DNA of 64,000 nt, from NCBI GenBank assembly GCA_963674735.2, contig CAXXQS010000002.1, positions 2,112,001 to 2,176,000 of the forward strand. Direction: 5' to 3'. Below, piece after piece: positions 57,985 through 64,000 of this stretch. The notes below the pieces were generated by a model. It saw nothing but the letters and a program-made list of their open reading frames with translations. It was not told the origin of the DNA and ran no database searches. Position 1 is the stretch's first letter, and each line of letters opens with the position of its first letter. The DNA comes from Myxococcota bacterium (GTDB lineage: Bacteria; Myxococcota_A; SURF-8). The position numbers were made by a program, and so were the translations under genes.

Positions 57985-60560
57985 GTTTTTTCTCTTCGTT
58001 TCAACGTGAACAATCCAACTAACATGAACAGAAGCAGAAGCGACGATGTGGAAGCGGCGCTATGGCAGCCACCACCGTTCGTCGGTTCGTAGGGATCGCC
58101 TGCATCGCCGTCGGGGGCGGGATCGCCCTCGGCTTTATCGTCGTCACCGTCGGGAGCATCGCAGGGGCCTTGAGCGATCAGCGCGTAGCCGGTGCCTTCG
58201 CAGCAGTCCGTCCCGGCGAGGATACGGCAATCGATCGTTTGGCCATCGATGCAGGCCGGGAAGGCGTTGGGTGTGTAGACCCGGCCATGTTCGCTGAGGA
58301 ATTCTTCGCATAGGGCGATGGTATCGCAGTCCGGGTCGCAGGCGAGATCCGCTTCCGGTTCTTCATCGCCATCCGTTTCCATTTCGGTCTCGGCTTCCAT
58401 CTCGATTTCGTCATCCAGGTCACCGTCGCTTTCGGCATCCATGTCGCCGTCGACCGGGTTCGGATCGAGGCAGAAACGATCCTCGCATACCCAGCCTTCC
58501 GGGCAGTCTTCCTCCACCCATTGCCAGTTGCGGCAGGTGCGTAGGCGGGTGTCGCTCAAGCATTCGCCTGCGTGGTTCAGGCAGACGGGATCGGCGTCTT
58601 CCTCCACCTCGATCAACTGGTTGACGGCGACGTCGGTAAGGGTTGTTTTGCTGCCGTCGGTCCAGGTGACGGTGAGAGAATCGACGCTCTGGGCGTCGCC
58701 TAAGCCGACATGCTGGACCAGGGAGCTTTGCACGCCGGTGCCCTTGCCGCCTTCCACCTGGCGAATTTGAGTGTGCTCGCCAGTGGTGACGCTCAGACGC
58801 ACGCCGATTCCGGCGGCATTGGTCTTATGACCGATTACGCGCACTTCCAGCCAATTATTGACGGCGGTTTTAGAACTGGGGCTCAGCAGTCCGTTTTCGA
58901 ACAACTTGCGCGTCATCAGGTCGAGATCGCCGTCGCGGTCGATATCGGCCGTCGCGACGCCCCAACCGTTTTTCACCCACGCGCCGCTGGCATAGCTCTG
59001 TTCGACAAAGTCCCCCGCGCCGTCGTTGCGGTAGAAAAAGCTGACGCATTCCGAGTAGATGCTGGTGATAAACAAGTCGAGAAAGCCGTCGTTGTCGGAG
59101 TCCCACCAGAGCGGATCGGAATGGGTTTCGGCGTAAGTGATGGCGGTCTGTTCGCGGATGTCGCTGAAGGTGTAGTCGGGCGCGCCGGAGTTGACATACA
59201 GCATGGATTTGTCGGAGGAACTGATGAAGCGCGGGTGGGCCAGGTTACCCACGAAGAGGTCGAGATCCTGATCGTTGTCGAAATCGCCCCACACCGAACC
59301 GATGCTGTGCCCGTAGCTGCCGAAGGCCCATTTCCCTTGCACGCCGCGCGCCTGCGCTTCTTCGGTGAAGGTGCCGTCGCCGTTGTTATGAAAGAGGAAA
59401 TTAGGATCGAGGCGGTAGTTGGAGACGTACAGATCGATAAAGCCGTCGTTGTCGAAATCGCCCCAACTGACACCGCGTCCGCACTGGGGATACTCGCGGT
59501 AAACGCCCGCCGCGCGGGTGGCGTCGACGAAATGACCGTCGCCCAGATTGCGCCACAGGAAGTTGGGTGTGCCGTTGCTGATCTCCTCGCCCGACTCTTC
59601 GTAGTTGGCCACGTACAGATCCACCCAGCCGTCGTTGTCGTAGTCGGCCCAACCGACCGCTTCGGTGGGATAAAGATCCCAGGGTGTGTGCGTGCTGTCC
59701 TCGACGGGCAGGAAAGTGCAGTCGCCTTCGTTGTGCACCAGCCGGTCGCGGGTGTCGAAACTGTCACCGCGCGAGAAGGCGTAGTAATCGAGACGGCCGT
59801 CGTTGTCGTAGTCGGCCCACATGCCGGAGCCGGGCAGGCCGCTGATGCCCGCCGCCTCGGAGATGTCGGTGAAGGTGCCGTCGCCGTTATTGCGGTAAAG
59901 TTTGGAGGCCGAGAGCAGCAGGTCGTCGTCGCCGTCGTTGTCGCAGTCGCCCCAGGCCAGCCGCGATGCGCCCGTAACTCCGGCCGTAGCGGTGATGTCG
60001 GTGAAACGCTGATTTTCGTTGATGTCGTGGAAGGTTACGTCCGTCTGCACCATGAAATTACCGTCGCTGATGCCGTATTTGACGGTCGGGTCGTCATCCG
60101 GGTAGAGAAACGACATGCCCTGTCCGGCGGTAGAGGTATCGACCATCAAGCCCGGTCCGTCTTCAAGGCGGATCAGTCCGACATGTAAATTGCGTAGCGC
60201 CTCGATTTCCAGGTCGCCCTCGCTCATTTCGAACGTCACCCATTGGCCAACTTCGCTGGACGAAACCGTATAGCCGATGGGAGTGATGCGTTCGCGGCTG
60301 CGATCGGGGTCGTTGCCGCCGCCGTCGTGCCAGATGTGCACGCTTACCGGGCCTTCCGTTGCGAAAACCATCCGCACACGCAGCAGGGTGGCCGGATGCT
60401 CGACGAAGAACATAACGTCTTCCAGGCTGTCGGGTTCCACATTCGACATCCAGCCCTCGCCCGTGCCGTCGTCATAAGACAGGGTGGTTTCCTGAGCTTG
60501 AGCGAAGGTTGCGGGGAGCAGCAGCCAACAGAGGGTCAGGATGGCAAACATGCGTTGCAT
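57975..60560 (-). CDS. CRTAC1/ASPIC-UnbV family FG-GAP repeat surface protein with GGGC-TM-RR sorting tail
   Basis: Seven DxDxDGxxD-type repeats, GIGVR...VGLG...VTW ASPIC domain, DGD linkers, GGGCHSAA-hydrophobic-KRR. Confidence 0.9.
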   Translation of the reverse strand: MQRMFAILTLCWLLLPATFAQAQETTLSYDDGTGEGWMSNVEPDSLEDVMFFVEHPATLLRVRMVFATEGPVSVHIWHDGGGNDPDRSRERITPIGYTVSSSEVGQWVTFEMSEGDLEIEALRNLHVGLIRLEDGPGLMVDTSTAGQGMSFLYPDDDPTVKYGISDGNFMVQTDVTFHDINENQRFTDITATAGVTGASRLAWGDCDNDGDDDLLLSASKLYRNNGDGTFTDISEAAGISGLPGSGMWADYDNDGRLDYYAFSRGDSFDTRDRLVHNEGDCTFLPVEDSTHTPWDLYPTEAVGWADYDNDGWVDLYVANYEESGEEISNGTPNFLWRNLGDGHFVDATRAAGVYREYPQCGRGVSWGDFDNDGFIDLYVSNYRLDPNFLFHNNGDGTFTEEAQARGVQGKWAFGSYGHSIGSVWGDFDNDQDLDLFVGNLAHPRFISSSDKSMLYVNSGAPDYTFSDIREQTAITYAETHSDPLWWDSDNDGFLDLFITSIYSECVSFFYRNDGAGDFVEQSYASGAWVKNGWGVATADIDRDGDLDLMTRKLFENGLLSPSSKTAVNNWLEVRVIGHKTNAAGIGVRLSVTTGEHTQIRQVEGGKGTGVQSSLVQHVGLGDAQSVDSLTVTWTDGSKTTLTDVAVNQLIEVEEDADPVCLNHAGECLSDTRLRTCRNWQWVEEDCPEGWVCEDRFCLDPNPVDGDMDAESDGDLDDEIEMEAETEMETDGDEEPEADLACDPDCDTIALCEEFLSEHGRVYTPNAFPACIDGQTIDCRILAGTDCCEGTGYALIAQGPCDAPDGDDDKAEGDPAPDGDAGDPYEPTNGGGCHSAASTSSLLLLFMLVGLFTLKRREKTCD

Positions 60561-60786
60561 CGGAATCTCCTTCGTTTTTCTCGGTCATGCGGCCAAAACC
60601 GCGTAGAGTAGCCTTACCACGTTCCACCGGGTGTGGCAACTGGCGGATGGCTGGTGGTTTCCCTTTGATAATCGGCTTTTTGGAGCCGAATTTGAGTGTT
60701 TGTCGGTTGGCCAATTCGCTTGACAGCGCTGCCCCATCAAAGGTAACGTAGCCTCGCCGGAGGACGGCGGAAGGATCAGGATACAG

Positions 60787-61251
60787 ATGAAAAGACAAGT
60801 TGTTGAAATAATTGCGTTACTCGTGTTGGTTGGCGTGGCTTTGACGATCGATGCCGGGTACGGTCGGGCTTCCGGAAACGATGTGGGTGCGGCTTGGTGT
60901 CAAAGCTGCCATCCCAATCAGCACGCCGCCTGGCAGGAAGGTCCGCACGCCGGAGCGCTGTTTGTCTTGGATGCCGAACGGCGCAACGATTCCAAATGTG
61001 TGGGCTGTCATTCCACTCAGTCCGCCGATCCGACGGCGGGTGTCGAATGCGAGTCGTGCCATGGCGGTGGGGCACACTACGCCAAAGATTACGTCATGCG
61101 TGATGCCAAGTTGGCCGAAGCGCTGGGGCTTAAGGCCAAACCCCATGATATTTGTATGGAATGTCACAACTGCGACCAACCCAAGATTCGTGAATTTCAT
61201 CCGGGAGAGGCCTGGAAACGCTTACCGCATGCCCGGACCGCTGGCCAGTAG
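60787..61251 (+). CDS. Tetraheme c-type cytochrome (c554-like domain)
   Basis: Four CxxCH motifs (CQSCH, CVGCH, CESCH, CMECH) after a signal helix. Confidence 0.92.
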   Translation: MKRQVVEIIALLVLVGVALTIDAGYGRASGNDVGAAWCQSCHPNQHAAWQEGPHAGALFVLDAERRNDSKCVGCHSTQSADPTAGVECESCHGGGAHYAKDYVMRDAKLAEALGLKAKPHDICMECHNCDQPKIREFHPGEAWKRLPHARTAGQ

Positions 61252-61295
61252 CCCCCCAGACGCCGTTTCGCCAGCCAAGGAGACCCGAAAAAGCC

Positions 61296-62660
61296 ATGTC
61301 AAAACCTTCCAACGCGACCCATCCAACCGAGCGCGTCTGGCGCTTTTTCGTCTCGATTAAAGTGACGATAGTCTTGTTGGTGCTTTGGGGGCTGGGCTCG
61401 GTGGCGGGCACCTTGATTCCGCAAAATGCCGAAGCTTGGCGTTACGTGCAAGCCTATGGTCCCGAGACGGCCAACTGGTTGAGCAAACTCGGCTTTTTCG
61501 ATGTCTACCATAGTACCTGGTACTCCCTGATCCTGCTGTTGTTGATTCTGGCCATCGTCGCGTGTTCTCTCAATACGCTCTCTGCAAAGATCGCCCTGGC
61601 TGTCACACAGCCGAAAACGCGCCGGGTCAGCGGTACGAGCAAACACCACATCACCCGCGACATTCCCTGCGACGATCCGCCCACGGCCTTGCAGGCACTG
61701 AAACGGGAAATGGAAAAAGATTATAAAAACGTGCATGTAGACGATAGTCCCCAGGAAGTTCGGCTTTACGCACACAAGCAGGCCTTCGCTCATTTCATGG
61801 TTTACGCTGTTCATCTGGGTTTGGTGATCATCGTACTGGGCGGGGTGATCTCAGCCTTGTTCGGCTTCGAGGGCGTGATGGAAATTCCCGAGGGGGAGAG
61901 CCGCGATGTCGTTTTCAAACGCAATGAAAGCGGCCATGCCCCCGCCGCCTTACCCTTTGCCTTACGGCTCGATCGTTTCGAGCTGCAGCGCTTCGATACC
62001 GGTGCGCCGAAGGATTATGTGTCGGAACTGACCGTGCTCGACGGCGGGCAGGCGGTCAAGTCCAAGCGCATCGAAGTGAATACGCCCCTTAACGTAGGCG
62101 ATTACAATTTTTATCAATCGAGCTACATCGAGCAGGCGGCGTTGCTCGTCACCGAACGCGCCACGGGCAGAACGGCTCAAGCGGTGCTGCAGCCTTTCGA
62201 GCGTCGTTTCCTTGCCGACCTGGACCTGTGGGTGAGGCTCGACACTTTCAGGGTCGATAGTCAAGGCATGAGTGCGGCGGTCACCCTGGCCCGGCCGGAT
62301 GGCTCGGTGCAGCAGGTGACGCTTTTACCCGATCTTGAGAAAAACCGCGTCCTACAGGCCGATCAACCGCTGACTGTGGCTTTTGCCAAGGATCGACCGG
62401 CCTACACCACCGGGCTGATGGTGGTGCGCGATCCCGGAGCGCTGTGGATCTGGGTCGGGAGTTTTTTGATGGTGCTGGGTTTATATTTGACCTTTTACAC
62501 CTCGCATCGGCGTCTGGCTGTGCAATCGGGAGGCGCGGGCGTGATCCTGCGTGGATGGTGCCAACGTAACCCGCAGGCTTTTTCCCGTGAAATCGATGCT
62601 CTGATCCGCCGCGCAGGACTGCCCACCGGCGATCATGGCGCAAAGGATTCCAACGCATGA
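61296..62660 (+). CDS. resB: Cytochrome c biogenesis protein ResB/CcsB (system II)
   Basis: [38 protein letters not shown]. Confidence 0.95.
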   Translation: MSKPSNATHPTERVWRFFVSIKVTIVLLVLWGLGSVAGTLIPQNAEAWRYVQAYGPETANWLSKLGFFDVYHSTWYSLILLLLILAIVACSLNTLSAKIALAVTQPKTRRVSGTSKHHITRDIPCDDPPTALQALKREMEKDYKNVHVDDSPQEVRLYAHKQAFAHFMVYAVHLGLVIIVLGGVISALFGFEGVMEIPEGESRDVVFKRNESGHAPAALPFALRLDRFELQRFDTGAPKDYVSELTVLDGGQAVKSKRIEVNTPLNVGDYNFYQSSYIEQAALLVTERATGRTAQAVLQPFERRFLADLDLWVRLDTFRVDSQGMSAAVTLARPDGSVQQVTLLPDLEKNRVLQADQPLTVAFAKDRPAYTTGLMVVRDPGALWIWVGSFLMVLGLYLTFYTSHRRLAVQSGGAGVILRGWCQRNPQAFSREIDALIRRAGLPTGDHGAKDSNA

Positions 62661-64000
62661 TCAACACCACGCTGTTTACCGCTTGTTTCTATGTCTATAC
62701 CCTGGCGCTGCTGGCAGCGATCGTCGCCCTGACGTCGTCGAAACGCTGGCCGTCACGTGTCGCGCAAGGGCTGTTTATCACGGGCTTTGCCTTGCACACG
62801 GTGGCGCTTCTCGTGCGCTGGGCCGAGGCGGGTGACGTGGAGGTGGCTGCTTTCGAGGGAGCCGAGGGGCGTATTCTGGCGGGCTGGGAATGGTTCAAGG
62901 TGTGGACCAGCCACCCGCCCTGGTCGAATCTCTACGAATCCCTGGTGTGTTTCGGCTGGGGGGCGTCACTGGTGGCGTTGGTGGGCATGCGCCGTTTCAA
63001 GGTGCCGGTGCTGCCGGTTCTGGCCATCGGTTTGTCGATGGTGGTGATGGGGGCGGCTTCGTTGTTGATCAACCAGCAGATCAGCCCGCTGGTTCCGGCT
63101 TTGCAAAGCACCTGGTTGCATCTGCATGTGGCGACCGCCATTTTCAGTTATCCGGCCTTCGGCCTGGCCGCCATGCTGGGATTTCTCTATCTCGTGAAGG
63201 ACGGCGTTCCCTCCGAGACCTTCGGAGCCGTGGCCGCCGCGACCGCCTTGTTGATCATCCTGGCCGTGGGTGGCGCAAGCCTGATCTTGCAGGCCGAATA
63301 CACCTTGACTCCATTGGTCGAGCACATGGGCAAGCTCATGCCGCTTACCTATGCCGCCCAGGATGCCGAGGGACAGACGCTGGTTTCCAATGCGCGGCTA
63401 CGTGTGCCGGTGGCAGGTATGGGACCGGTTTTGATGCTGGCGGCGTTGACTTTCCTCGGGGCGTTGGTTGTTTACGCGTTCACCCGCAAACGCCCGGAGA
63501 TGGTTCCGCTGTTTCGTTGGATGCTGCTTGGAGCCACGGCGTTATTGACCGCCGCTTTGCTGATTCTGGTGGGGACGGTGGTCGTCAACGGCAGTTTGGA
63601 TCTCGATTCCCAGCAGGCCGCCACCCGCGTGGCGCTCAATCACATGGGCGGGGATGGCCGCACCTTGGTGGCCAACTTCCAATTGCACGGTCGCGGACCG
63701 TTTGTGCTGTCGCTCAAGGGCAACCCCTTCGAGTTTATGTTGTTGGTGGTGGCTTGGATCGGGGCGTTGGGTAGCTGGGTTCTGGGGCTGAAACGCGATT
63801 GGCTGGAGACACAACTCCCCGCCGCCGAGCGTCTTGACGAAGGCTCCTACAAAACGATCCTGTTCGCCTTCCCGTTCATGACCCTGCTCATCATCACCGG
63901 TGCTATCTGGGCTTATTATGCCTGGGGCCGCTATTGGGGTTGGGATCCGAAAGAAACCTGGTCGTTGATCACCTGGATCGTCTACAGTATTTATTTGCAC
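62657..64000 (+). CDS. ccsA: Cytochrome c biogenesis protein CcsA/ResC (partial, runs off window)
   Basis: Manual translation from ATG 62657: [47 protein letters not shown]. Confidence 0.95.
   Translation, partial: MINTTLFTACFYVYTLALLAAIVALTSSKRWPSRVAQGLFITGFALHTVALLVRWAEAGDVEVAAFEGAEGRILAGWEWFKVWTSHPPWSNLYESLVCFGWGASLVALVGMRRFKVPVLPVLAIGLSMVVMGAASLLINQQISPLVPALQSTWLHLHVATAIFSYPAFGLAAMLGFLYLVKDGVPSETFGAVAAATALLIILAVGGASLILQAEYTLTPLVEHMGKLMPLTYAAQDAEGQTLVSNARLRVPVAGMGPVLMLAALTFLGALVVYAFTRKRPEMVPLFRWMLLGATALLTAALLILVGTVVVNGSLDLDSQQAATRVALNHMGGDGRTLVANFQLHGRGPFVLSLKGNPFEFMLLVVAWIGALGSWVLGLKRDWLETQLPAAERLDEGSYKTILFAFPFMTLLIITGAIWAYYAWGRYWGWDPKETWSLITWIVYSIYLH

Overview
GC-rich bacterial chromosomal window, most consistent with a Myxococcota/Deltaproteobacteria-like lineage (inferred from Cys-rich lipoproteins with DGD linkers, a GGGC-TM-RR sorting tail and system II cytochrome c maturation). 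Housekeeping blocks: lgt-lspA, proBA-argR, yceD-rpmF-rpiB-nrdR-ribD-ribE-ribBA, tRNA-Ser(GCT), pckA, sufCBD-Rieske-sufS, mutS2, and cytochrome c-resB-ccsA. The accessory zone at about 12.5-31.5 kb holds the most interesting material. (1) A MerR-type 19-bp-spacer promoter drives a 58-aa free-standing copy of the C-terminal domain of the MerR regulator encoded just downstream, with a UUCG hairpin between them: a candidate two-gene sensor plus ligand-sponge circuit. (2) A 4-kb AT-rich island encodes a multi-TM protein, a retropepsin-type protease fusion and a pentapeptide-repeat/K+-channel protein. (3) A 1531-aa lipoprotein combines a papain-type protease, two FGE/SUMF1 domains and a 40-unit DGDVPT array. 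(4) A consensus sigma-54 promoter drives a long leader and an 80-aa membrane peptide. Also notable are a degenerate half-AroA coupled to ddpX and the absence of the plsX-fab block between rpmF and rpiB. No CRISPR array, integrase, transposase, reverse transcriptase or rRNA was seen. All family calls are by motif recognition, not database search.
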